A stretch of DNA of 64,000 nucleotides from Podarcis muralis (taxonomy: Eukaryota). The position numbers and the translations under genes were made by a program. The stretch lies in NCBI RefSeq assembly GCF_964188315.1, contig NC_135656.1, forward strand, positions 111,042,001-111,106,000, given 5' to 3'. Below, one piece after another: positions 48,201-61,300 of the stretch. The notes below the pieces were generated by a model. It saw only the letters and a program-made list of their open reading frames with translations. It had not been told where the DNA came from and did no database searches. How positions within the stretch are numbered: the first letter of the stretch is position 1; the number at the start of each line of letters is the position of its first letter.

Positions 48201-50902
48201 GGGGTGGCCGAAAAGGAATTTGGGTTAGTTTTGGCAGCAGAGATATAAACTGTAACAGGCATGTCTGTTCAAGAAACCAAGAACATGAAAGTTGAAAAGG
48301 GTCCATGTACAGCTTCTAGGAAACTTCCGTTCTCCATGTGGAATTAGATTAGTGTTCACATATGCATATTTATATAGTTAATAAATCATTTTCTTATTAA
48401 ATATGGGGGGAATCAAGGGGACTCAAAATTATGTGGACACAGCGTAAGATATAAAATGTTTTCTCATATACCAAGTTTGCACAAAACAAAGTATCTGTAT
48501 GGGATTCAGATCCTGAGCCAAGTCACCCTCTCACATTTTCTGCACCAAACCATGCTCTTTTCCAAAGTTAAATTGGGGTACGAACCAGAGGTTGTGGCTG
48601 GTGCACAGTCCTATTCAGAGCTCATTCTTTTTCTTTTTTTCTTTTAAGAATAACAGCTTCCAGTATTCACCATGAAGTTATCACAGGAAGTGCCACACTT
48701 TTCACATTTGGGGGGAAAGGTGCCAGTTCCCCCGAGTAACCCCATAAGAAACCACACTGACCCAATAACATCCTCTTTACAACTCATAACTTCACGGGAT
48801 TTGCTTCTCCTTTTCCCCCTTGCAGTATTTTGCAGGTAGAACTTCCTGGGCCTCTGCTAATAGGAAGCTTTGATATGGTTCTGCAGCAGAATTGTGAGCC
48901 ACGTGGCTCCATTGCTAATACCTGATACCTATGCTCTGGGGGTTTTGGACATATCTAGAAAGAGGGGAAGTGGCCTTACACTGAGTTATTTGTACCTCTG
49001 GTCCAACTCAGTCACTACTGGCTGTACTGACTGGATTTCAGGTCCAGTATATTCCCAGCCCAACACAGAAATGCTAAGGATTTCTGCATGCAAGATTGGG
49101 CTACTGTGAACCTCACTTACTTACTTACTTACTTTATTTGCTGACCTATACCTCAAGATCTCAGGGCAGTTCCCAGAACAAAATCCAAATATAATACCAC
49201 AAAATATATAATCAAAATAAAAACAACTCCATACCCACCAAAAAAGAACCACTTTTTAAAAGGGCATAGGATGTCAATCAAATCAACCAAAGGCCTGGTT
49301 AAAAATAACGTTTTTGCCTGGCAGCTAAAGGTGTATAATGAAGGCACCAGGCGGACTTCCCTGGGAAGAGCATTCCACAGATGGGGAGCCACTGCAGAGA
49401 AGGCCCTGTTCTCGTGTTGCCACCCTCCTGACCTCTCAAGGAGGGGGCACATGAAGGAGGGCCTCAGAAGATGATCTCAGGGTCCGGGTAGGTTCATATG
49501 GGAAGAGACGGTCCTTGAGGTATTGCGGTCCTGAGCCATTTAAGGCTTTATAGGTCAAAACCAGCACTTTGAATTGGGCTTGGTAACTAATTTGTAGCCA
49601 GTGGAGTCATACTAGGATTTTTTGTAATATGCTCAAGCTGTCTTGCTCCAGTGAGCAACCTGGCCACTGAATTCTGCACCAGCTGAAGTTTCCAAACCGT
49701 CTTCAGAGGCAGCCCTACATATAGCGCATTGCAGTCATCTAACCTTAAGGTTACCAAAGCATAGACAACAGTAGTTAGGCTATTCATGTCCAGATAGGGG
49801 CGTAGCTGGGCCACCATCCGAAGCTCCTGACAACCTTTCCACCAGGCAGCCCTCCTAGACCATTGAGCAAAAAAATGGTGGGCATAACAACCATTTCCCA
49901 ACATAAATTCTGAGACTAGAGAAAAAGAGGAACTGCTGGGACCTGGGGAACACCAAATGTTTCCACAATGCTGGCTCATACAGAGTAAGACCTCTGGTCT
50001 GTTTTCTATACCGACAGAAAGTTGCTTTGGGGCAAAGGCTGTCCCCAGCCCTACATAACAATGCAAAGGAACCAGGTTAGCCATATTGATTTGTATGCTG
50101 TTGGTGGATTATTGTCACTGTCTTGTTGGGCTGTGTATGTGATAAAAGGGGAGCCACCCCACTCACACACGAAAACAAAGATCACCACAGCCAATCACAA
50201 ACAAACAACCACACCCTAGGCCAACCCCAACCTCTCTCACCACCAAAGAAACACAAATGAACAGCATGAGCAATGCTGACACCAAACCCTACATACATTA
50301 AGCAAAATAAAAACATCGCCACCCCAATAACCAGCAGCGTTTGGGACACAAACACTCACCCACATGCCCCGCCCGAATTTCGCAGAGAGAAAAATGCAGC
50401 CCTCAGGCTGAAATATTTCCCCCATCCCTAGGATAACTGAGCATCCCTTGGAAGCCTGGCCCCCAATCCTACAGCTCCCTACCTGATACTCCTCAAAGGC
50501 CTCCTCCTTTGGGATCACTTTGTGCTTCCTGTGCTCCTTGGATTTGTCGCACACCACACAGATGGGGTCTTGGTCGTCTTCGCAGAAGAGCTTCAGGGGC
50601 TCCTGGTGTCTCTCGCAAACCTTTCCCAGCACTTCCACCCCTTTGGCCGCCTGAAGGCTGAATTTCTTGACTATTTCCACAATGCTCGCCAGTTGCCGGT
50701 TGGGCCTGGAATTCCTTTGCTGATGAGGTTCCCTGCACTGAGGGCACGAAGCATCTTGGTCTGATTTCCCCCAAGCCTCGGTGATGCAGCTTTGGCAGAA
50801 ATTGTGGCCGCAGTCTATGATCACTGGATCTGTGAAATACTCCAGGCAGATGGAACATGTTGTTTCCTCGCAGAGGTTCTGGACTGGACCCTCGTCGGCC
50901 AT
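42209..50902 (-). CDS. TRIM B: RING-Bbox2-coiled coil-atypical B30.2, 498 aa; exons 50902-50483, 48198-48103, 47472-47242, 47069-47047, 45454-45333, 44583-44551, 42780-42209
   Basis: Intact RING and B-box (CERHQEPLKLFCEDD...CVVCDKSKEHRKH). Exons 420/96/231/23/122/33/572 sum to 1497 nt, open. SPRY motifs SGTHSWIVDV, FWAVGIV, IWAIG, KRIRVLVNYE. Confidence 0.85.
45108..45297. other. Assembly gap (190 N)
   Basis: Run of N. Confidence 1.
46535..46760. mobile_element. Tc1/mariner-type MITE (shared by TRIM B and C introns)
   Basis: TIRs, TA TSD; paralogue at 60137-60361. Confidence 0.85.
49125..49850 (-). mobile_element. L2 LINE 3' fragment in TRIM B intron 1
   Basis: QLRPYLDMNSLTTVVYALVTLRLDDCNALYVGLPLKTVWKLQLVQN and RAFSAVAPHLWNALP. 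Confidence 0.85.
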
Positions 50903-51402
50903 TTCGTTTGCCTGAAATGAGAACAAAAGCTTTAGTTTCCTTTCTCCAGTTTCAAGTTACAGGGCGGGCCTTTCCCTCCCCCTGGGTGACTCATAGTTTT
51001 TGAAAAGAAACAGCATAAGCTGGGGGAAACCGTTACAGTGTGCAGCTTTACATCTGTACCATGAATGCAAAGCGCACGGTGTCTGCCAAAGAATCCTGGC
51101 AATGGCCGTTCACCCCAAAAAGCTACACTTCCCAGCACCCTTAACTAACTACAGTCCCCAGGAAAAATTATGGGAGAGCCATGTGGCCATCATGATGCTA
51201 GTAAAAGGTCAAATAATAACTGACAGGAGCAGGAAGAAAAAGGAAGTAAAGACTGAGAAAAACAATTGTTTACTCGAGAAGGAATCAGTGAGGGAAGAAT
51301 TGGTTTCCTGTCTCCCACCCCAAGTTCTCAGACAGTTTCTTCTTGCAAACACTGTTGCTCCAGTCCCAAATGTTAACAGGATTTGGCGACAACTATGATG
51401 AA

Positions 51403-51760
51403 GGGACGCGGGTGGCGCTGTGGGTAAAAGCCTCAGCGCCTAGGGCTTGCCGATCGAAAGGTCAGCGGTTCGAATCCCCGCGGCGGGGTGCGCTCCCGTT
51501 GCTCGGTCCCAGCGCCTGCCAACCTAGCAGTTCGAAAGCACTCCCGGGTGCAAGTAGATAAATAGGGACCGCTTACTGGCGGGAAGGTAAACGGCGTTTC
51601 CGTGTGCGGCTCTGGCTCGCCAGAGCAGCGATGTCACGCTGGCCACGTGACCCGGAAGTGTCTCCAGACAGCGCTGGCCCCCGGCCTCTTGAGTGAGATG
51701 GGCGCACAACCCTAGAGTCTGTCAAGACTGGCCCGTACGGGCAGGGGTACCTTTACTTTA
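51403..51760 (+). mobile_element. Sauria SINE
   Basis: Full head GGGACGCGGGTGGCGCTG and ACCTTT tail. Confidence 0.9.
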
Positions 51761-53249
51761 AGCTGATATGATTAGGCTTTTAGATCAAAATAAAATTAAA
51801 GTAAATAAGCCCAAAGAAAGAAAAGCAAAACCACATGCGTGTTTGCTTAAGTTTATGATTTCATGTGTTTATATTGTGTGTGTCTGCCCTGAACTCCCCA
51901 TCCTGATCCAGGGCCGTAACCACTATACCACACTGTCTCTATCTGAAGGAGCATCCAATCCAAGTTGTGTTTAAGGATAAAGAGCCCTGAGAAGGGAGAG
52001 CAGTTGGCACCCTGGCACTGCCCGTGTTCACAGTTAGCATCCAGTCAGCATACTGAGCAGGAAGACACAGTCTTTCCCCCTGATGCAGTAAGATTGACTG
52101 CATTTCTATTTCAATTGTACAGTACTGATTATTTTAAAATTTGCTGTCCCCATGTATAAAGAATGACAGAATTGTAGAGATGGAAGGGATCCCACGCGTC
52201 ATCTAGTCGCAGGACTCTCAGCTAATGCATCTCTGACTTTCATGTACGTTTTCATTTAAATTTCTGACGTATTGTTTTTGGTGATACGGAGATGGTCGAT
52301 CTGCTCTGTCCAAATGCCCTCGCTTGTTTACTTATTTACAATTCCTGCTTCTCTTTGTTCCTTAATTCCTCCACATACTGTGACTTCTCTACAAAGACTC
52401 AAATTCCTAATTTCACCTTTCCCCCTTTCGGGGGGTTAGATTGATTAATTTTGTAGCAACATGGCAGATCTTCAACATATATACACAAATACACAAATAC
52501 ATTAGTAATAAGCATGCATAGGCATACAATGAAAATAGAATCTTCTCTTTTCTGTCTTAAACACCAATAACAGCTATGGAGGTGCAACAAGCTATACAGA
52601 GATCAAAATTAGGAAAGACATAAAATGAAGAGAGAAGGTGGGGGGAGAGGGGGGGGTATACAGGATTTTATAGTTAAATAAACTCCAAGGGGCAGAAGCA
52701 GCCTTGCCTGGCAAAGCCCGTCAACAAAATACTATTTAAAAGGCAAAAGAGAGGCTGGGTTTAAACGCACAGAGTCGCAGGCAAAGGGGGAGGAGGGGCA
52801 ACTCAAGCCAAAACAGGGGGGGGGGGGCAGCTGTAGAAACAGGGCTAATGTGCCTGCACGCCTTCCTCACAGGGGAAACGAAGAGGAACAAACCGGAGAG
52901 AATAAGCAACGTTGTTCACAACCACGCACAAACCACTTTAACAACTATAAATGGTGCAGCAATGAAAAAGTAAGGAGCAGAGCTAGCCAAGGCTTATATA
53001 TAGCGCTCCCGATGCTATGTATTGGTTGATCTAATTGACCCCGACCACAAACACACACACGCCGTGACGAACCCCAGGTCGGCAGCGGAGCCCCCTAGCA
53101 GCTGACTAGCAGCTGAGATTCAAAAGACGCTTCACAGCTCCATACATTCACAGGCAGGGAAATTTAAATACAGCAAGCACAGTGATACTGTAAGCACAGA
53201 CACACACACACACACAGAATGTCTCTCCTTAGATCGCCAGGGCGCTGAG

Positions 53250-53281
53250 GAACACCGCCACAATCACCGCAGCAATGAACA

Positions 53282-53312
<31 letters not shown>

Positions 53313-54200
53313 GGCTATCCGTAGGTCGGAGGAGCGCTGAAAAGCCCAAATTAGCCGGCACGGAACCCACTGTCTTTGAAAGCAAGTTTTAAAAGGACGT
53401 TGAGGCAGAGAGGATAGTATCACTTGTCAATCAAAGGTAGGTAGGCGGATGCAGCCGCAAGCGCACGTGGCCAAGGCAAGACAGAGCAATAAGACAAATA
53501 AAAGGAAAGTAACCAGGCAGTGAAGAAAACTGGGCAGTATAGAAATAGCGCAACTATTCGCGCTGTTGGTGCAGAGCTCCGGGAATTACCGAGGAGCACA
53601 CACGCACCAGACACACGTAGTGGCAGAAACCAAGTCGCAAGACGTAGCCCACACGCACAGAACACACACTGTGGGGGGAAAACAAAGTCGCTAACCCAGA
53701 AACATGCGCCCAAAAGAAAAAGAGAACTTTTAGGCAGTATAATCGGGAGGCGGAGAACACTAGAAGTAAAGTCTTAAGGGTAACGTAGTATTTCCGGAAC
53801 TAAATAAGCTCAGCAGACGAAAACAATGGGAAAAGGCTTTGGAAATATTAAGGAGAAAATAAGGAAGAATGAGGGGGGAGCAGTAGGGAAATGCTAGGTT
53901 AGCTCGGACAACAGCAACAACAAGGCGAAACCTCCCTTTTAAAAGTCCTCTTCAAAGCACAGGCTCCACGTGGTCGCTCAGCTAGGCGCGCGGAAGAGGA
54001 GATCCTGATGAGTAGATCCTGAATCGCGACGGGACGACGAGAGTGAGGCCGAGGAGGGGCTGCCGCCGCCGCCGTATTAAGGCTGCGAAGGGGCACCTGG
54101 CTGGGTGCCTGCCGATGGGCGTGGGCGCCAGCCAGGTGAGTGGGAGGCGGGGCTAGAGGCGGGGCTCTGTCTCCCGCCCACAACCACTCCCCTCCCTTCA
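53250..54200. promoter_or_regulatory. CpG-rich segment with two GC boxes: candidate TRIM B promoter or retroelement 5' region
   Basis: Locally dense CpG, (GCC)n and two GGCGGGGC boxes near 54145-54168. It lies upstream of TRIM B on the minus strand. Function is inferred only. Confidence 0.35.
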
Positions 54201-55317
54201 GGAAGAGAGCCCTAACTAAACTTTGATTCTCACCGTGCTCTGTTACATTGTGTTAGTACGCATGTTGGGAACCTGTGTTACGTGCAGCCATTTGCACGGC
54301 GTGTATCAACTTGCGTTCTAACTTATGAGCTGTATCTTCGTGATTCACGTATTAGCTGCCCTTCTGTCCCAGTGGGGGGGGGCGGCATCTTGCAAAATCC
54401 TCAGTTTCTTAAAGCAACAGGTTATCATAACTTCTCTATTAGAAGTATATTGAAGGATTTATAGGGGTTCACATTATCACATTCATTGTGGCCCTTTGGG
54501 CCACTACCACAGCCAGAGCAGTTTGGACATTAAGCGATTAATGGCACGCACAAATGCAGTAAGCGGAATTGCTTTTATTTATTTACAAGGTTTCTTACAC
54601 ACCTTTCAACATCAGGTCCTAGAGTGAGCGACAACAATTAAACAATTATAAAAAGACACAGAACAACTACATGAAGCACATAAAACAACCCACCTCTTTA
54701 GATAATTAAGGGGGCATTTAAATGCCCCCATATCAAGTCTCTATTTGTGTATCATGTATTTGCAGACAATTCCTTTTTAATCATCAATTCCTTTTTAATA
54801 ATTTTGTGTGTTTCTTTTCCAAATAAAATATAGCTATGGGGTTGTGATCCGAAGCACGCTGCCAATCTGGATCAGGGCCTCATGCCAGTTCCTCGTTGAA
54901 AAGCCTCCCCTCTTCAGCTACTATTTCCTCCTGAAGCTGTGTCTGAATGGCAGTTTTCATGTGTTTTGTTTCCCACAACAGAGCGCTATTTGGAGGGGAA
55001 AGCCTGCAGGGCCCATTCAGACTTGACAGCAATAACACTGCATGATAGAGTCAGACTGTTACTAATTCCCTCTAAAGAAGTTGGCAGTTTGGGGTGGGGA
55101 CTTAATATGCTGAGTCCTTTCCACACCACACATACCCACCCCCCAAAAAAGTTATTTCCCCAGACCTTTGAGGAAGGAAAGTATGGGTGGGGAGAGGATT
55201 CAGTTCCTTCCTCCTGACCCCCATGCTGTTTTTTACACTTCCCCACCCAGCCCTGGTTTTAAAGGACTTGGCACCTCCCGGTGGCCTGTCAAGTTTGCAC
55301 CAAATGGCAACCTCATC

Positions 55318-58300
55318 TCATTTCCCCACACAGAGAAAGGAGCTGATTTTCTCCCCAGAAAACAAAGCATTGAAGGTAAAGAGAACATTATTTGAGTCCG
55401 CCTCATAGAAGGTTACTAATCCTGCTTCATATTTCACAACCACACGGATCCTATTTGGCCAAATCCCATATGTGCTATACTTAAGGGGTCGTGTGCTGGC
55501 CGAGGGTGATGGTTCCAGAGATATTCCAGGAGAAGTGGAAGCATAATATGCATCATTAGAAATCCTCCCAATAGCCCAGATGCCAATTTCATGATTCAAA
55601 TTGACAATATTGTGACCCCTTAAAGACTCCTTAACAACCCCCACAGCCCAGAAGTTCTCGTTCCCCACGTCCACTTTCCAGGAATGGGTCCCCGAGGTGA
55701 TTCTCTCAACTCCTATAACATAGGAACAACTACTAATGTTCTTATTTGAGGATTTGGAGACACCCCGTGGTTGGTTCCTATACATGGGTGTTGCTTGGCC
55801 ATACATTCCTTGGGCTGTTGCTTCGCCATACACTGTTAGGACTAGTTTAGGAATGGCCATGTCTTCACCTACAAGAGAAAGGAAATAATTAGGGAGGCAG
55901 CACCCAAAACCTGCATCCAAGTTTTGTGCAGCTCTGAGTGAGGAGGAGGTTTGAAAAGCCAATGTACTAATGGGGTGGGGGGTGGGAAATCGCTCCCCCA
56001 TGCAGGTCAGTTCAGAAACTCAGGGAACGCCCCTTGAGGGCAAGGATGCTAGCTCTGAGGTAGGCTTGCTTGCAAAGGTCCCTGGTTCAATCCCTGTAGG
56101 GTGAGTTCCCTGGATAAAACCCTGGAGAGCTGTTGCCAGTCATTCTTGGCAATATGAAGCTAGATGGGCAGTTGTCTTGGCTCTGCAGAAAAGCTGCTTC
56201 CTGTGCTCCTGTGCTCAGCCCTTCTCCCAATCTCACATGTAAAACCCAAAACAAAGAACCCTACCCAACCTGGAAATGTACTTTCTTTTCTGGAGGTCCA
56301 GACAGCTGAAGTAACGCTGCCCAATCTGGAACCATATGTTTTACTTGAGGTCCAGGGAGCACAACGCTTAAGGAACAAAACCGATTTGAGGAAGAAGTTG
56401 AGACTCACACTTAGCTCCTAGGTAATGCTTTAGATTTAGAGTGCTTGGAAGTGTGTTCATGCCAAAATCTAAAATTTAGCCAAGACCAGAAAGAAGAGGA
56501 GTTTCAAGAGGACTTGAGGAAATTCAAGGACTATTTGAATAAATATTGTAATATAAAAAATTAGAAATTACTTGAAAGAAACAAATAGGCCTAGGATTAA
56601 ATCAAGTTATAATTAAATAAATGGGATTTAGAATGTTAAGAAAAGTGAATAAGATGGACTATAACTGGAAATTGTTTTAGTTTAATAATGATAATGGAAA
56701 GCTGTTACTTTTAATTACAAGGAAACTCAGAAGGGAGGGATTTGGGGAAGTCAACCAAGATGTTTAAAAGGTTGGATTTGTGAAGAATTAAGTTTGTTGT
56801 TATTGCTTATCTGTTTATTGTTCCCCCTTTTTAGTTTCTCTTTTTTCTTTTTCTCTTTCTGTTTTTGTGTATCAGTTTGCTTTGTGGTTTGTGTTATCAC
56901 TGTGGAAAATCTAATTAAAAAGTTATTTTTAAAAAAATAGATTTGGAGTGCTTGGAAGTGTGTTCTCGCCAAAATTTAAAATGTATTGATCGTATATGAC
57001 CGTTTGATGTCTTCCATGTTGCTGTAATGTGCTTGGGGCTCGTGGCTTGAGGAGCACATTTCCCACGACTGGATGCCCTGAGATAAGGGAGCCGGGTGCA
57101 CTGGGTTGCCATAGCAACACCAGCAGGTCAAGTGTGCGACTTGTGGAGTCATTCACCCTCCCATTGGTCCAGGAAATATGCCCACATGTAGAGACAGGAA
57201 TAGTAGCCTCTGGGGCATTGCTTTCATCCTCTCTGTCTTGTCTGTGCCCTGTCCCATTTGCTGTCAGGGTCTGACTCTGTGAGACTCAGGGGGAAAAGGC
57301 CGTGGGTTTTGCACAGAAGCATTAGCTAGCACGGTGATCAGTGTCAATGGATCTGCTCATACGTATCTTTACTTCAAAGATGATGTCTGGAGACATTAAA
57401 TACTTGGTTACTTTGAACTGTGTGGGAGGAGTTTCCCCCTTAACGAACTCTGGAAGATGTTGTTCAGATGGGAGAAGGAAATCTCTGATGACTCCGCTTG
57501 CTGTGCTCATAACACACACCAGTTGAGGTGTGGTGAACTCCCAGCTGACTTCAGCAAGCCACAGCATTCCAGCATTCCCATTACATTTTATGAAAACATT
57601 GGGACGGGGGGAGTGTTTCAGAAAAATCAATGCCAAATAATGAATATTACTCAGAATTTTGAATAGAGAAATAGAAAAAAAGAACACTCAAATGTCAAGC
57701 TTCAGTTACTCTTGCTTGCTTCCCAGCCCTCCAGTTCTGAGAGTGTTAGAAGACAAAACCAGAGTTTTGAAGTAGAGCAGAGTTTAGGGATGTGACAGGC
57801 TGTAAAAGGCAGCAAGTTGGAAAGAGAATCAGAGCATGATGGTTGATTCCTGTTTTGAATGCAAGGCTGTGGCAGTGGGAGAAACAAGACTCTCTTGGGG
57901 TGTCCGTGTTGTGAACCCCTCCATCGTAGGCTCAGATTCTATATATGTGGGAATAAACCATATATACTAAAGACACCACAGTCTCTGCTGTCTCTCATTT
58001 CCCAAAAGGAAATACGAACTCAGGGGAGGCAGCTTGGGACCCCAGCAATCTTGTGCTGCTGGGAGATTGAAGTGCAAAACCCTCCCATATCTCATCTGCA
58101 AAAATTGTTTAAAGATCTGCCAAACCTGGAAATGTACCTTTCTTTTCTTGAGGTCCAGAGAGCACAACGTCTGAGGAAAAAAGTGAAATGAGAAAAAAGT
58201 CAGTACTCATACTTGGCTCCAAGGGCATTGCTTTAAATTTAGAATGTTTGCAAGAGTGTTCAGGCGTAAATCTAAAATTTAGCCATAGTACTCCATCTTC

Positions 58301-61300
58301 CTCCCTCTTCCAGCATTAGCATTAAGTGTTATGAAAGCATGTTTGGAGTGGGGGACACAGAGAAGAGTTGCCTCCCCCAGCTCTGAGAGAGTTAGAAGAC
58401 AAAACCAGTATTTTGGAGTACAGCTGAGGGATGTGACAGGCTGCAAAAGGCAGCAAGATGGAAAGAGAATCAGAGCACGATGGTGGGTTCCTGTTTGTGA
58501 CAGACTGTGGCTATGGGAGAAACAAGACTCTCTTGGGGTGCCTGTGAACCCCTCCATCATAGGCTCAGAGTACCTATATGTGTAAATAAACCATATATCC
58601 TAAAGACACCACAGTCTTTGCTGTGCCTCACTTGCCAATAGGAAACTCGAACCCTGGGGAAGCAGCCTGGGATCCCAGAATATTCACCGTTTGGAANNNN
58701 NNNNNNNNNNNNNNNNNNNNNNNNNNNNNNNNNNNNNNNNNNNNNNNNNNNNNNNNNNNNNNNNNNNNNNNNNNNNNNNNNNNNNNNNNNNNNNNNNNNN
58801 NNNNNNNNNNNNNNNNNNNNNNNNNNNNNNNNNNNNNNNNNNNNNNNNNNNNNNNNNNNNNNNNNNNNTATCCCAATTCTAAAACATCATACAATGACCC
58901 TTGTTACCTTTGAATTTCTTGGTCTCCTTCTCCAAAAAAGGATGTATTTTGGAGAAATTATCTATTTGCCGTTTTAATCCAGGAGTAAAAGCTATTGCGT
59001 TCATGGTTCTATTCTTATTTTTATTACACCTAGGAAGAAGAAAGTGAGGTTTATTGTGCTCCATCTGGTCATTCTCAAGTCATTCTTAATTCAGTCGTCA
59101 GAATGAAGGAGAAAAGTGGGAACAGCAGGAAGATACCAAGGGCTCGTCCATGATAGGTTTTTCTTTCATTTTCCCCATTTCCCCCACAAAAGCCCCCGCT
59201 GTTTACCACTGAATCGGAACAAAGGTCAGTCAGGTTTTCTGTGGGTTGACAGCTGAATAGAAGCAAACATTTATCGGGTTTTCTGCTGATTTATGCTTCT
59301 TCCAATTCAGTGATAAGCAGCAGGTTTTCCCAGGAAAAGCGGTGGGGCAAAAGAAAAGCCTCTCGGACCTGTTCCTAGAAATAACGGGAAAAACAGAAGT
59401 GTGGATGAGCCCTGTGATAGCAACTAATGGTATTGTCTGCCCTGAGACCATTACAAAGACCTATTACAAACTAGAAAATGAGGTATAAGGGGGTGGAGAG
59501 TATAAAGTGTAAATTTACATAAACATTTTTTTCAATTAAAAATTACATATAAATGATCAATCCGTAATCTATTTTACCTCTTTTTAAAAAATCAACTTTA
59601 CTGTGAAGATGCAGAAATATTTTCAAACAATCTGTCTGAAATTTTGGCGCACATGTTGCATACAGTACCATGTTTAAAATTATAGCTAGGTCAGAAGTGC
59701 CTGATTAACTTGTGACAAAGTTGTGATTTGTCGCTGCTTCTGCCTGATCAGAACAGGGTATAAATCGGCCCAATTTGGTCGAGGATCCAGGTGAACCAAT
59801 ATTTTCTCCAACAATATTTTCTCCAGGTGAACCAATATTTTCTCCAACAAATTATGTCTGTACATAATGTATACAGTAATTAATTAAGAGCATCTCTTTA
59901 CCCTGGCCTTTGTCATCTAGGAGATGTACTTTAGGCCCACCCTGTTTTCTTGGATTGAAATTTGTTTTAACTATTTTTGATATTGTATTTTAATTCACAA
60001 GCTGCCCTGGAACCTGACAGTGGAGGGCAAGTAAGAAATCTAATAATCCACCACCAACAACAACTCTGCTATGATATGAAGTATACAGTAGGTGAAGAAA
60101 TATCATCACTCCTTCCTAAAATATGCATTTTATATACAGTGTACCTAGGGTTACATACGCTTCAGGTTACACACTCCGCTAACCCAGAAATAGTGCTTCA
60201 GGTTAAGAAATTTGCTTCAGGATAAGAACAGAAATTGTGCTCCGGCGGCGCGGCAGCAGCAGGAGGCCCCATTAGCTAAAGTGGTGCTTCAGGTTAAGAA
60301 CAGTTTCAGGTTAAGAACAGACCTCCAGAACGAATTAAGTACGTAACCAGAGGTACCACTGTACATTCTCCCCCCAAAATCCTATCCATTTTTGTATGCT
60401 GTTCTATGCATCCCCCAATGTGCTTTTTGTACATTTCCCTGCATGAGATACACAGTTTTAGGTGGATTTTTTAAACGAAAACATGAATCACAAAATTTGT
60501 AAAAGTATGCAATCAGATTGGTAACTGTTTTCTGATCTGCTTATTAGTCTGTAAACTGTGAATTAGATTAGTTCACATAAAAGTATAGACCAAATCAATT
60601 TATCCCTTACCTCCAAGGAAGGAAATTAATATTATACATATTAATATTCATAACAAAGCCACATACCTTTCCAGGATGCTTCTCATATTCTAGATGGAAG
60701 AGACAGAAGGAGAGAAATTCAGTCCCTTGCACCAGTTGCCTCCAGCAGTTTATTAGTTTCCCCTTTGCTTTATATATCAACCAAATACTGAAGTGCACAC
60801 GCCTACTGTAAATACCGTATTTTTTGCTCTATAAAACTCTCTTTTCCCACTCCTAAAGTAAGGGGAAATGTGTGTGCGTCTTATGGTGCGAATGCAGGCT
60901 GCGCAGCTATCCCAGAAGCTAGAACAGCAAGAGGGATTGCACAGCGATCCCTCTTGCTGTTCTGGCATCTGGGATTCAGAATATTTTTTTTCTTGTTTTC
61001 CTCCTCCAAAAACTAGGTGCGTCTTGTGGTCTGATGCGTCTAGAGCGAAAAATACGGTACTTCTATAGATCAATGAACAGAGTGTGTGGTGGTACAGCCC
61101 TTCCCCAGAGGACAACCTGGATGGTATTGTTCCACCATTGCTCACCTGCAAGAAGTCAGTCACTGGCTGCTTCTGTTTCTCCTCCAGCTGCCTGATTAGG
61201 TTGTCAAGGGAGGCCATTTCCTCACAGAGTTTGGCAATATATTGATTCCTACAGTTTTTAATCTCATCGTCCAGTTCCTTCAATTGAGCCAGCACGAGGT

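Larger units (their letters stand above)
41118..52450. repeat. ~11-13 kb tandem segmental duplication unit (copy carrying TRIM B); second copy 54211-64000 carries TRIM C
   Basis: Both start CTAACTAAACTTTGATTCTCAC and stay colinear through introns and exons. Confidence 0.92.

Noticed and set aside
50237-50482. ORF extension beyond the RING/B-box exon (also 22905-22958 and 63074-63127)
   Set aside because: Intron read-through past a conserved CAG|GTAGG donor.
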